DNA of 64,000 nucleotides, taken from positions 79,938 to 143,937 of the forward strand of contig JBIOZG010000005.1 in the NCBI GenBank assembly GCA_044870765.1, in the 5' to 3' direction. Shown here piece by piece: positions 41,648-51,120 of this stretch; the first letter of the stretch is position 1, and every line of letters starts with the position of its first letter. Source of the DNA: Nitrososphaeraceae archaeon. GTDB taxonomy: Archaea > Thermoproteota > Nitrososphaeria > Nitrososphaerales > Nitrososphaeraceae. The notes below the pieces were generated by a model. It worked only from the letters and a program-made list of their open reading frames with translations. It was not told the origin of the DNA and did no database searches. Both the position numbers and the translations under genes were made by a program.

Positions 41648-41693
41648 TTTACTTATTGCTTGATCAGTTATTGGTCGATAAGCAATAAATAAA
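41648..41693. promoter_or_regulatory. inverted repeat between divergent genes
   Basis: tttacttattgctt-N18-aagcaataaataaa, 13/14 complementary. Confidence 0.55.
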
Positions 41694-41771
41694 CTCGATA
41701 AGTTAATTGCAAAAGTATAATTATTCTGCGATTTTTTTCATAAATTTCTAACTGTAAATTTAAATATATTA

Positions 41772-42125
41772 GTGTTCGTTACTCTTGCGTTGAACAAAAT
41801 ATCAACGTACATGTTTGCGTCAATAACCGTCTTGGCAATAATGGCCATAGTGTCATCGCCGATCGGTATTGCTAATGCAGCAGACCCGAAAAATGGATGG
41901 GGAGAGGCAACTTCAGAAGAGGCAGGAGAGGAGAAGCAAGGTAAAGAACTAGGTGAACATGCTTCAAATCCAGATGGAGACTCGACAAAAGGAAATGATA
42001 ACAATGTGGATGACGGCGAAAATAGTCATCGTTCAGGACTTGGTAATTTGGCCAATCCTGATGATCTAGGCAAATTCCTTGACTGTGCTGACCAAGACGA
42101 CCCAGACGACCCAGCCTCCTGCTAA
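41772..42125 (+). CDS. small secreted acidic low-complexity protein
   Basis: Signal peptide (ANA-A), D/E/G-rich body, C-terminal Cys pair; true start may be downstream. Confidence 0.6.
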   Translation: MFVTLALNKISTYMFASITVLAIMAIVSSPIGIANAADPKNGWGEATSEEAGEEKQGKELGEHASNPDGDSTKGNDNNVDDGENSHRSGLGNLANPDDLGKFLDCADQDDPDDPASC

Positions 42126-42260
42126 AGAATACGACACTTCCTAATTTTTTTCTTAAGGTTTAACTGTTAAGATAACTCAAACTGACTTTGCAATATCCGA
42201 GCGACAAAAAATAATCATAACTACTAATATCCGAAATGTTACACGTTTATGAGTGCCGAA

Positions 42261-42290
42261 GCATCGACATAATGGGCATCGACATAGTGG
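42261..42290 (+). repeat. 15-bp tandem duplication
   Basis: gcatcgacataatgg gcatcgacatagtgg. Confidence 0.8.
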
Positions 42291-42381
42291 ACAGAATGCA
42301 AAAAAGTTAGACTTGGACAAATTACTGTAGCAAATGCAATCATTGACTCAGCGATAGAAGTTCTAACCTAGAAATCTTAGC

Positions 42382-42414
42382 ATTAATAAATAAATACGGT
42401 TTGGCTATCAATTA
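42382..42414 (+). repeat. 33-bp direct repeat, copy 2 (ffh promoter region)
   Basis: Ends 12 nt before the ffh ATG; AT-rich TATA-like core. Confidence 0.9.
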
Positions 42415-42426
42415 ATAGATAAATAA

Positions 42427-43785
42427 ATGCTAGACAATCTTCGCACTAGTCTCGGAGCAGCTTTAAAGAAACTAGTGGGCGCTTCTGATGTAAATGAGGA
42501 ATTAATAGATTCTTTGTGTAAGGACGTGCAAAGAGCTTTACTTCAATCTGATGTGAATGTTAGGTTGGTTCTAAGTATAACTCAGAATCTGAAAAAGAGA
42601 TCTATGGAGGAGACACCTCCCAAGGGATTGTCACGAAAAGATCATATCGTTTCGATACTATATGATGAACTTTCTAGATTGATGGGAAACACAGGAGATA
42701 TAGCTGCCCAAAATAAACAACCTGAAAAACAAGTCATTTCATTCACACCAGGAAAAATGAATATCGTACTGATGTTTGGTATCCAAGGAAGTGGAAAAAC
42801 AACGGTTACTGCAAAGTTGGCAAGATGGTTAACGAAACATGGGTATCATGTTGGTGTAATTGGAGCCGATACGTGGAGGCCCGGGGCACTTACACAGCTT
42901 AAAATGAATTGTGTTAAAATAAATGTTGAGGTATTTGGAGATGAATCAAACAAAGATGCTCCTTCCATAGTAAAGAATGGAATTAATTATTTTAAGGAAG
43001 CAGGATCAGACGTCGTGATTATTGATACCGCTGGCAGGCACAAGGACGAAGCAGAACTATTGGAAGAAATGAAAAGTATGTATAATATTTCAAAACCAGA
43101 CCTAATCCTACTGGTAATTGATGGAACCATCGGCCAACAGGCTTTTAGCCAAGCGAAGTCGTTCCATGAAACAGTTCCAGTAGGAGGTATCATCATAACA
43201 AAGCTTGATGGGACTGCAAAAGGTGGAGGGGCTTTAGCCGCATCTGCTGTAACAGGTGCAAGGATTTTCTTTATTGGTAACGGTGAAAGGATCGATGATC
43301 TTGAAGAATTCAGTCCCACAAGATTCGTGGGACGACTCCTGGGAATGGGAGACATAAAAGCAATCTTAGATTTAGCCAAAGATTTGGAAATGCAAGCAGA
43401 CGAAAATCAATCCAAAAGAGTCCTTAGCGGCAAAATGACTATAGAAGATTTTTATTCACAAATGGAAAATGTGGGTAAAATGGGATTTAGAAATATCATC
43501 GATAATTTACCTGGTTTATCTGGAGTAGTGAAGGAAGATCAAATAGATGTTATTCAGGGAAAATTGGAGAAATGGCGATATATTATCCAATCAATGAGTA
43601 AGCATGAGAAAAGGAATCCTGAAGTAATAAACGACTCGCGCAGAAAAAGAATCGCAAGAGGCTCCGGTGTTGCTGAGCATGATGTGAAGGATCTTATCAA
43701 GAATTTCAATAATTCAAAGAGCATGATTAAACAAAGCAAAGGTAGACAAATGCAAGGTATGCTCAGAAGACTTGGCATGGGATAA
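42427..43785 (+). CDS. ffh: signal recognition particle protein SRP54
   Basis: GIQGSGKTT, DTAGRH, TKLDG.AKGGG, M domain RIARGSG. Confidence 0.97.
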   Translation: MLDNLRTSLGAALKKLVGASDVNEELIDSLCKDVQRALLQSDVNVRLVLSITQNLKKRSMEETPPKGLSRKDHIVSILYDELSRLMGNTGDIAAQNKQPEKQVISFTPGKMNIVLMFGIQGSGKTTVTAKLARWLTKHGYHVGVIGADTWRPGALTQLKMNCVKINVEVFGDESNKDAPSIVKNGINYFKEAGSDVVIIDTAGRHKDEAELLEEMKSMYNISKPDLILLVIDGTIGQQAFSQAKSFHETVPVGGIIITKLDGTAKGGGALAASAVTGARIFFIGNGERIDDLEEFSPTRFVGRLLGMGDIKAILDLAKDLEMQADENQSKRVLSGKMTIEDFYSQMENVGKMGFRNIIDNLPGLSGVVKEDQIDVIQGKLEKWRYIIQSMSKHEKRNPEVINDSRRKRIARGSGVAEHDVKDLIKNFNNSKSMIKQSKGRQMQGMLRRLGMG

Positions 43786-43804
43786 AAAAGAAAGATTCCA
43801 CTAA

Positions 43805-44881
43805 TTGAAACGAAATTTTGAGTACAAGTTATGTAACTGGTGTCTAGAAAGACAGAATGTAAAGAGTTATTCTCCTAACGGAATAGTTGAAGATTGTCAA
43901 ATATGTCATGGATTTGAATCCCAAATTGAAAAAATATGTAAAAATGTTCTTCAGGCAACAAAGGATTATCGATATGATACTTTTCAAATTGGATTAACTT
44001 TAGATCACAGCTTTTATGATAATGAAGACAAGTTTAGATCACGGTTCAAAATAAGAGGAAAAGAGAATATCAAAACCAGCATACTACGAGATATTAGAAA
44101 AAAATTCAGTAAACTTTCCAACAAGCGAGTTGATTCGAGTTCTCCGGATATTACAATTAACCTACAGATCGGCAAAAAATTTGAAGCTATTGTTAACATG
44201 AGCTCAAAAACTATTGTCTTGAGCGGACGATACATGAAAACAAAAAGATTGAAAATCACGGGCACAGATTCACGAATTGGTGACTGTCTAGAGCTCAATC
44301 AACACCACATTGAAAATGTACTGAAAAGAAAATTGTCTGATTTACTTCAATCTGATTCCATTACGTACTGGCCTCTTGGTAAGGAAGAACTTAGAAGTTT
44401 GGTCCTTGGCAACGGTAGACCTTTTTACGTGTCTATTAAGAATTCAAAAATATTTAATTTGAAGGAAAATTTTTCAATACGTTCAAGCGGACTTGTATTT
44501 AACATCAAAGAAAGACTACCAACTTACCCGGTGGCTCCGCCATTTTACTTTAAGAAAGTCAAAGCTCTTGTCTCGGTAAGCGACAAAATAGTAACATTAG
44601 ATTTTGATTTCATCCATAATGCAGGGATTATGTTGGTAGAATTTGTAGCCCAGAGGGGCAAAAATTGGAAATTTGTTTATGACATGCAAGGAAAGTTGAA
44701 AAGCCCGAGAAAATTTGAGCTTACAATGAAATGTGATAATGGATTTCCAATAAGGGAATTTATAGATGGGAGAGGTAGCGCATCTCCTTGTTTATCTGAT
44801 CTAATACATAAAGAGTGCAGTTGTGACTATTTTGACATAATGAACATAGTAAGCGAGGACGATTGTCAAGTATGGGAATAA
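43805..44881 (+). CDS. pus10: Pus10-like tRNA pseudouridine synthase, degenerate active site
   Basis: N-terminal CxxC...CxxC, THUMP-like region, LGNGRPF; follows ffh. Confidence 0.8.
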   Translation: MKRNFEYKLCNWCLERQNVKSYSPNGIVEDCQICHGFESQIEKICKNVLQATKDYRYDTFQIGLTLDHSFYDNEDKFRSRFKIRGKENIKTSILRDIRKKFSKLSNKRVDSSSPDITINLQIGKKFEAIVNMSSKTIVLSGRYMKTKRLKITGTDSRIGDCLELNQHHIENVLKRKLSDLLQSDSITYWPLGKEELRSLVLGNGRPFYVSIKNSKIFNLKENFSIRSSGLVFNIKERLPTYPVAPPFYFKKVKALVSVSDKIVTLDFDFIHNAGIMLVEFVAQRGKNWKFVYDMQGKLKSPRKFELTMKCDNGFPIREFIDGRGSASPCLSDLIHKECSCDYFDIMNIVSEDDCQVWE

Positions 44882-44915
44882 ATCAGATAGATTTCAATTA
44901 GTAACTAACTTGAAA

Positions 44916-45110
44916 TTATTTTGACTTTTGTTTAAATTCGGTAAAACCGCATTTGCCACAGGTATTCCTATCTTTGTGCTCTGCCATGAAAACTCCTTTT
45001 CCACATCGAGGACAATCCCTCTTTTTTCGGGTAACCTTATCACCCGAGATGTCATAGAAGGAGTATATTTGAGATTTAGAATCCTTTTTTTTATCTACCA
45101 TTTCTACCAC
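44916..45110 (-). CDS. rps27ae: 30S ribosomal protein S27ae
   Basis: CPRCGKGVFMAEH.DR.TCGKCG. Confidence 0.95.
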   Translation of the reverse strand: MVEMVDKKKDSKSQIYSFYDISGDKVTRKKRDCPRCGKGVFMAEHKDRNTCGKCGFTEFKQKSK

Positions 45111-45481
45111 TATTTCTTTGACTTGCCCTTTTCTGCACTCTGTTGTTTTTCCTTCAGTTTCTTAGCTTTAGCTTCATCAAAGATTTTTTTTCTTACTGTC
45201 TTTTCGATCAGTCTCATTGATACGTATTTTGGTAAAGTTTCATTTGCGCTTTTTTCATCTTTATAGATATGAAAGAAACCTTTAACATCGGTACTTCCTC
45301 TGTTGCATTTGATTTCTATTGGTATAACTGTCTTTGAATCAACATTATTTGACTTTGATATTGTTTCAATAGCGTCTTTCTTGTTAATATTTCCGGCTAC
45401 ATTTCTAAATATAACTTGTAATTCTCTCCTGTTCATTAATTGATTATTATAATCACGTAGTACAACCAACTCGGTGCTCAT
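45110..45481 (-). CDS. rps24e: 30S ribosomal protein S24e
   Basis: N.LMNRRE, IY; upstream of rps27ae. Confidence 0.85.
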   Translation of the reverse strand: MSTELVVLRDYNNQLMNRRELQVIFRNVAGNINKKDAIETISKSNNVDSKTVIPIEIKCNRGSTDVKGFFHIYKDEKSANETLPKYVSMRLIEKTVRKKIFDEAKAKKLKEKQQSAEKGKSKK

Positions 45482-45554
45482 GTTAGTGTGAATCGAATGA
45501 ATTTTTTACTCATATAAGGATTTCCAATTTTATTTCTGGAATAATACAAGAAAG

Positions 45555-45644
45555 CGGGTCCGATGGGCTTCGATCCCACGAACTCTGGCTTCGGAGGCTT
45601 ATGCTTAAAAAATCAGCACCCTGTCCTGACTGGGCCACGGACCC
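45555..45644 (-). tRNA. tRNA-Arg(CCG) with 15-nt intron at 29/30 (45599-45613)
   Basis: Acceptor GGGUCCG/CGGACCC; after splicing, stem CUGGC/GCCAG with loop CUCCGAA; BHB with central GUGC/GCAU and UGA/AAG bulges. Confidence 0.92.
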
Positions 45645-45797
45645 ATTGAGTATTGAAATGGTGAAATATTTAATCGTAAACGTGTAGCGTAAACCAATGC
45701 ACGGATGACAGATGCTTATTGACATTTGGTATCGTGCATCGATGTTATATTTAGAAAAGTTAATGATACGCGAAATTCAAAAGAATTATTCATTAAA

Positions 45798-46511
45798 ATG
45801 CCTTTGTCTAGCAATGATCTCAGGGTCAAAGCCTTCGCAGTAGATATTGATGGAACTTTGACAGAGAACGGGAATGGAATGATATATCTACCCGCAGTCT
45901 CAAAAATGAGATTCCTTGAAAAAATAGGTTACAAAGTTTTCTTTGTTACAGGTCGATCTTCGGTAGAGGCATACGTATTATCAGTATTTTTAGGCATTAC
46001 TCGGGTCGCCATTGGAGAGAACGGCGGTGTTGTTTCCAAGGGACCTTCAGATCATACAATTCTGGGAAATAAAGAATTGTGTTTGAAAGGATACGAAATA
46101 TTAAAAGATCATATGAAAAATGTTGATGTTAAACCCGTATTTCCTAGGATGTCAGAAGTTGTCCTGCAAAGAACTTTTGACATAAACGAAGGTAAAAGAA
46201 TACTAAGAGAGAGAAATTTAGATCTGGATATAGTAGACAGTAAATATGCATTTCATATCAATGAACTAGGTGTCAATAAAGCAAAAGGACTGGATCTTGC
46301 ACTAAAGTTCCTGAACATTGGCCCTAAAGAAGTTGTGGCGATTGGTGATAGCGAAACTGATATTCCCGTTTTTGGTATTTGCGGATTGAGTATTGCATTG
46401 GGCCACTCTGATGATACTGTAAAGAAACACGCAGACCACGTTGTAAACGGCAAGGAGGGAATAGGATTGTGCGATGCTATAGACTATGTAAGCTTAAATT
46501 ATTTGAGATAA
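45798..46511 (+). CDS. phosphoglycolate phosphatase (HAD, Cof-like)
   Basis: DIDGTLT, TGR, ENGG, NKA.G, GDSETD; start set to ATG 45798. Confidence 0.88.
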   Translation: MPLSSNDLRVKAFAVDIDGTLTENGNGMIYLPAVSKMRFLEKIGYKVFFVTGRSSVEAYVLSVFLGITRVAIGENGGVVSKGPSDHTILGNKELCLKGYEILKDHMKNVDVKPVFPRMSEVVLQRTFDINEGKRILRERNLDLDIVDSKYAFHINELGVNKAKGLDLALKFLNIGPKEVVAIGDSETDIPVFGICGLSIALGHSDDTVKKHADHVVNGKEGIGLCDAIDYVSLNYLR

Positions 46512-46514
46512 GAA

Positions 46515-48425
46515 ATGAGCTTTAAGAAATTTATTAACGAAGCCAATGAGGCAATAAAATTTGCACTAAAACATCTAGATATTCAAAATGAGGGTTATAC
46601 TCTCACTGAACCGACAAAAGAGAATTTTGGTGATTTGAGTTGCAACGTTGCATTCTTGCTCACAAAGCGATTACAAAAATCACCATCTGAAATAGCATCA
46701 ATACTGGCTGAACAATGTAGATGTTATATTGATGCTATACAAACAAAATCACAGTCGTACGTTTTATCCGTCGTTGCACATGAGAGCGGATACATTAATT
46801 TCAAAGGAGACTTTGGTCTCATTGGTAAAGAAATATTATCTGATATTTTAGAGAACCACCTCAATTTGGATACGGGCAAAAGAACTAAAGTCATTATTGA
46901 ACACACCAGCGTCAATCCAAATAAAGCATTACACGTAGGTCACCTGAGAAATGTAGTAATTGGGGATACTTTGTATAGGATACTGAAAAAAACAAATCAT
47001 GATGTAACAGTTCTAAACTATGTGGATGATTCTGGTTTACAAGTGGCTGATATTCTGGTAGGTTTTTTATTTCTTAAGTTTCCAGTAGAACCATCAGACA
47101 AGAAAATTAAATTTGATCAGTATTGTGGTAACGAGGTTTATGTGAAGGTAAACGAACTTTATGAAAAGGATCCTTCCCTAATCGAAAAAAGAAAATCGTT
47201 ATTAAGAAAATTAGAATCCGGTGATACTGAAATAGTTTTATTTGCGTCTAAAATTACATCAAAAGTACTTAGAGATCAGTTGCGAACATGTTGGAGAATG
47301 AAGGCTCGATATGACCTGGTAAATTTTGAATCTCATATAATTAGATCCAACTTATGGGCTAAAACATTTGAAAAAATGAGAAATGAAAAAATATTACTCA
47401 AAGATATCGAAGGTGAAAATATTGGCTGCTGGGTTTTTAATTCTATTGAAGAGGGAACCAAAATCATTGTCCGGAGTGACGGAACCGCAACGTATATGGC
47501 AAAAGACATCCCCTATGCATTATTAAAGGTTGGAACAATTAAAGACCCATTTAGATATAGAATATTCATCAAACAATGGGATGACACAGATCTTTGGAGT
47601 ACTACATCTGATGATTCAAAAAATGGTGATCATCCAATTTTCTTCCCCGCCAAATATTCTGTGACCGTCATTGATAACCGCCAATCAAGGTTACAAAAAA
47701 TAATTAAGGAAATATTGAGTAAATTTGAGTCAAAACCTAACAAGTATTTGCATTTGTCATATGGTTCTGTGCTTCTTTCAAGCAGAACCGCGACTAGTCT
47801 GGGGATTAATACGGACAATCAAAAATCAATACAAATGTCTGGAAGAAAGGGGATTTTTGTTGATGCTGACTTTGTACTTGATACTTTGTATGGTAAAGCC
47901 AAGGATGAAACTATGAAACGTAATCCGGAAATTAATGAAAACGATCTTGATAGAACCTCCGAGGAAATTGCTATATCTGCTATGAGATACAGTTTAATTA
48001 AAAGTGACCTTGAAAAGGAGATAAAATTCGATTTAAATGATTCATTAAGCCTAGATGGAAATTCTGGGCCATATTTGCAATACGCATATGCGCGATGTTG
48101 CCGATTAATAGAGAAAGCAAATGAAAAAACATTTGATGGTGATGTAAAATACCTTTCAGAAAATATTGAACAACGGATACTAAAACATCTGTCAAAATTT
48201 GAAATGACTATCGAGAATACGACTAAAAACCTGGAGCCAAAACTTGTAGCTCAGTACGTGTATGAGCTGGCAACCTTGTTTAACCTTTTTTATGAAAAAG
48301 TGCCAATATTGAAAGAAAGCAATGCAAATACGTCTAAAGCAAGAATCAAGCTAGTTGAAGTAATTCGTCAAATAATGAGAATTAATCTTTCATTAATTGG
48401 TATAACACCTCTCGAAAGAATGTAG
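46515..48425 (+). CDS. argS: arginine--tRNA ligase
   Basis: EHTSVNPNKALHVGHLRN, RSDGT..Y, MSGRKG, GPYLQYAYAR, terminal ERM. Confidence 0.97.
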   Translation: MSFKKFINEANEAIKFALKHLDIQNEGYTLTEPTKENFGDLSCNVAFLLTKRLQKSPSEIASILAEQCRCYIDAIQTKSQSYVLSVVAHESGYINFKGDFGLIGKEILSDILENHLNLDTGKRTKVIIEHTSVNPNKALHVGHLRNVVIGDTLYRILKKTNHDVTVLNYVDDSGLQVADILVGFLFLKFPVEPSDKKIKFDQYCGNEVYVKVNELYEKDPSLIEKRKSLLRKLESGDTEIVLFASKITSKVLRDQLRTCWRMKARYDLVNFESHIIRSNLWAKTFEKMRNEKILLKDIEGENIGCWVFNSIEEGTKIIVRSDGTATYMAKDIPYALLKVGTIKDPFRYRIFIKQWDDTDLWSTTSDDSKNGDHPIFFPAKYSVTVIDNRQSRLQKIIKEILSKFESKPNKYLHLSYGSVLLSSRTATSLGINTDNQKSIQMSGRKGIFVDADFVLDTLYGKAKDETMKRNPEINENDLDRTSEEIAISAMRYSLIKSDLEKEIKFDLNDSLSLDGNSGPYLQYAYARCCRLIEKANEKTFDGDVKYLSENIEQRILKHLSKFEMTIENTTKNLEPKLVAQYVYELATLFNLFYEKVPILKESNANTSKARIKLVEVIRQIMRINLSLIGITPLERM

Positions 48426-48469
48426 TATACTGTGACTTTCTCATAGTTTAAGAAATATCAGGAATTTAA

Positions 48470-48739
48470 TTACTTGCTTAATTTGGTAATAGGTCCTATT
48501 GTGCATTTGCTGACAATGGGATTATAGATTCTTAGTTCATCACAGAGTTTTGTTACCTCTTTTATTGCATCATTTTCAGTTTCTGTGTTAATGATAATGT
48601 TATAGCATTTGGCAGACCTTACAGACTCAACGTTTGAGTATCCACTCTTAAGGATTAAATCGTTCTTGATTGTCTCCCCCTCGGGGTCTCCTACTTGCTC
48701 TTTGTTTTCTATTGTAACGACAACAAAATATCTCGCCAT
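48470..48739 (-). CDS. purS: FGAM synthase subunit PurS
   Basis: DPEGETI, VRSAK, NPIV. Confidence 0.9.
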   Translation of the reverse strand: MARYFVVVTIENKEQVGDPEGETIKNDLILKSGYSNVESVRSAKCYNIIINTETENDAIKEVTKLCDELRIYNPIVSKCTIGPITKLSK

Positions 48740-48985
48740 GGTATTTTTCTAGATATTATAATTTTAAGCATTGAAATACGTTTCTTAAAATTGTCCAGAT
48801 TTCAACATTCTGCAAGTTTAATTGCAGATTTGTATGAAGCTAATTAACAAATTATACTTGCTTTTGATATTACGCTCCTAATCTGAGTCCATTTATTTTG
48901 TATGTCCATCCGTACAAAGATAATTCTATTGAAACTCACACGTGGATAAACCATTATATAAACAATTTTGTCAAAATAGAGAACG

Positions 48986-49780
48986 ATGAATAAATTCCAA
49001 ATCCAGAACAATACCATGTTTTTGATCCAATTATTGATGGCCGGTCTTCTGATTTTATCGCTCTTTGTATTTGTATCATCGACTCACAAAGCGACAGCGG
49101 CTGGAAAATTTACAATTGACGCTAGGATAAATTTAAAAAAGTTGGATAATCCTCAAAAACTGAAAGTTATAGCGTCTGCTAACGGTGATACCCAAGTTAA
49201 AAATGTGACAGGTAATGATCTGGACTCTAAAAGCACTTCTGTTTTATTTGAATTCAATGAAAAAAATGACGTTGTAAGTGTAGGCGACAGGGATGAATAT
49301 TTTGTGTGCGCGTATGCTCTTAATGGCACAAATCAGATGGAATCTTATTCCTGTGTTGAGGGTAATATTGAAAAAACAAATGGAAAAAATATCATAAATA
49401 TTGGTTCTGGAGAAAGGAAGACTTTGTCGACTGGCTCCTTCCAATCTGTTGACGGTCCAGTAATAAAGAATCCAACTATTAGCGTCTGGATACCACTTTC
49501 TGATAGAAAAGACGTAAAGGATCTTAAAGTAGTTACGATGATTAAGGGAGAATTCGAGTCAAAGACAATAAATGCAAAAGAGTTGCTCAAAAAATCGGAG
49601 CACAATACCATAATCGTTCCATTCGAATATCATAAGACGCCTGAAATCGGCCCAATCCAAAAAGGAGATTTATTTTTTGCATGTGTATCTGCTGATGAGT
49701 TAAATCCACCCGAAGGAACAGAATGTGAGCATAGAGAAACATCACACATAGGACATATACATAACCTAGTGGCAAGATGA
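48986..49780 (+). CDS. secreted hypothetical protein with two homologous Cys-paired domains
   Basis: Signal peptide; LKV....GD..YFVCAY..SCVE repeated as LKV....GDLFFACVS..ECEH. Confidence 0.75.
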   Translation: MNKFQIQNNTMFLIQLLMAGLLILSLFVFVSSTHKATAAGKFTIDARINLKKLDNPQKLKVIASANGDTQVKNVTGNDLDSKSTSVLFEFNEKNDVVSVGDRDEYFVCAYALNGTNQMESYSCVEGNIEKTNGKNIINIGSGERKTLSTGSFQSVDGPVIKNPTISVWIPLSDRKDVKDLKVVTMIKGEFESKTINAKELLKKSEHNTIIVPFEYHKTPEIGPIQKGDLFFACVSADELNPPEGTECEHRETSHIGHIHNLVAR

Positions 49781-50037
49781 AAACGAGCTTTTAGCACGAC
49801 ATGGGACGGATTACGAATCCAAAATATATTTTTGATTTATGCGATGGGGAATACATTCTCACAGGACCTCTCGAGATACGAATCTCTATTCAATGGGGAT
49901 TTGCAAGAGTGGAGATACAACCATAGGAAAAATAACTATTATTTAGAATTTCTTATGCGTCTTTGTTGTGCGTTCCAAGTGCCTATTCGCCTGCAAAGTA
50001 TTAATTACGTGATAAAAAAAATTTAATTCAGCCACGC

Positions 50038-50112
50038 GGTCATGTAGCTCAGCCTGGTCAGAGCGAAGGTTTTGTAAACCTTAGGCCGTGGGTCCAAATC
50101 CCACCATGACCT
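50038..50112 (+). tRNA. tRNA-Thr(UGU)
   Basis: GGUCAUG/CAUGACC acceptor, AAGGU/ACCUU stem, loop UUUGUAA, T-arm GUGGG-UCCAAAU-CCCAC, U73. Confidence 0.92.
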
Positions 50113-50336
50113 TCTATCTGTAATAATTTGGCGATATGAATTTGATTCTTTCGAAGCGATATGTATTCTAGATTGGTATCGATCGTAAAATTTTATTTTT
50201 TATTCACTGGTTTATATGTGGATACATATTATCCTACAAAGGAAATGGATATGGTATAGCATGCACAATGTATAGTACAACCAATCAAAGTATATCGGAA
50301 AAAAATCTTATATATATGGATAGTGATTGCATAGTA

Positions 50337-50654
50337 ATGGACAAGAAAAGAACCAAAGAGAAAAATAATGACTTCTATGAAATAATCTATGCAGCAACAC
50401 ATCCAGTAAGACTCAAAATTCTTGTTCGGCTTGAATCTGAAAAGGCATATGCTAGCAATCTAGAAAAAGTGATAAAAGTAGATAGGAAGATTATCTCATT
50501 TCACCTGTCCAAATTAGAAAAATCCGGTTTGGTGACAAGTGAATATGGCTTATTAACTTCTTCAAAAACAAGACCAATGGCTGTAAGATATTACTCACTT
50601 ACTCCTGAAGGAGAAAAAATGGTCAAAAAACTAAAGTCCATTATTTCGGACTAA
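50337..50654 (+). CDS. ArsR-family winged-helix regulator
   Basis: HPVRLKIL, ISFHLSKLEKSGLV, YYSLT..G; start set to ATG 50337. Confidence 0.85.
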   Translation: MDKKRTKEKNNDFYEIIYAATHPVRLKILVRLESEKAYASNLEKVIKVDRKIISFHLSKLEKSGLVTSEYGLLTSSKTRPMAVRYYSLTPEGEKMVKKLKSIISD

Positions 50655-50754
50655 GTAAATTTTGTACATTCAGAATTTACAATGATCTTAGACAAGTGTC
50701 TCATACCAAAACCTTTTTCTTAGAGGTTCATGGTCATTTCTATTGATAACAATT

Positions 50755-51015
50755 ATGGCTAATGAAGAGATTAAGGTGAATGACAATGTCTATAAAGTTA
50801 CGATAAATGATCAGACCAGAATGTATGCTATGAAACTAAATAGACTCTATCAACAGGGATTTAATGATGTTGACAGCTTTGATGAAATAAGCTCGGAGAT
50901 TTCTAATACCATAAATAATCTCTTAAAGCACAGTTTGTCTCCCGAAGTTCGAGAAGAGGATATGGATGGTGCAGTAAAGCAGCTATTACAGATGTTTGAC
51001 AAAAGCAAAAAGTAA
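50755..51015 (+). CDS. conserved thaumarchaeal hypothetical protein
   Basis: Clean small ORF upstream of the ESCRT-III gene; start set to MANEE. Confidence 0.7.
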   Translation: MANEEIKVNDNVYKVTINDQTRMYAMKLNRLYQQGFNDVDSFDEISSEISNTINNLLKHSLSPEVREEDMDGAVKQLLQMFDKSKK

Positions 51016-51120
51016 ATAAAAATTTCTCATCGTGAGTTCTTAATCTGTAACCGCTCACACGCGATCCTTGGTTACATTCGGGGTTATTAACAAAAAAAGT
51101 GATAGGCTTCTGAGAAAATA

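Noticed and set aside
45510-45725. 71-aa ORF in track
   Set aside because: Overlaps tRNA-Arg on the same strand; spurious
49832-50026. 64-aa ORF before tRNA-Thr
   Set aside because: No motifs and it runs into the tRNA promoter region
50038-50340. Possible integrated element at tRNA 3' ends
   Set aside because: No duplicated tRNA 3' fragment or integrase found in the window
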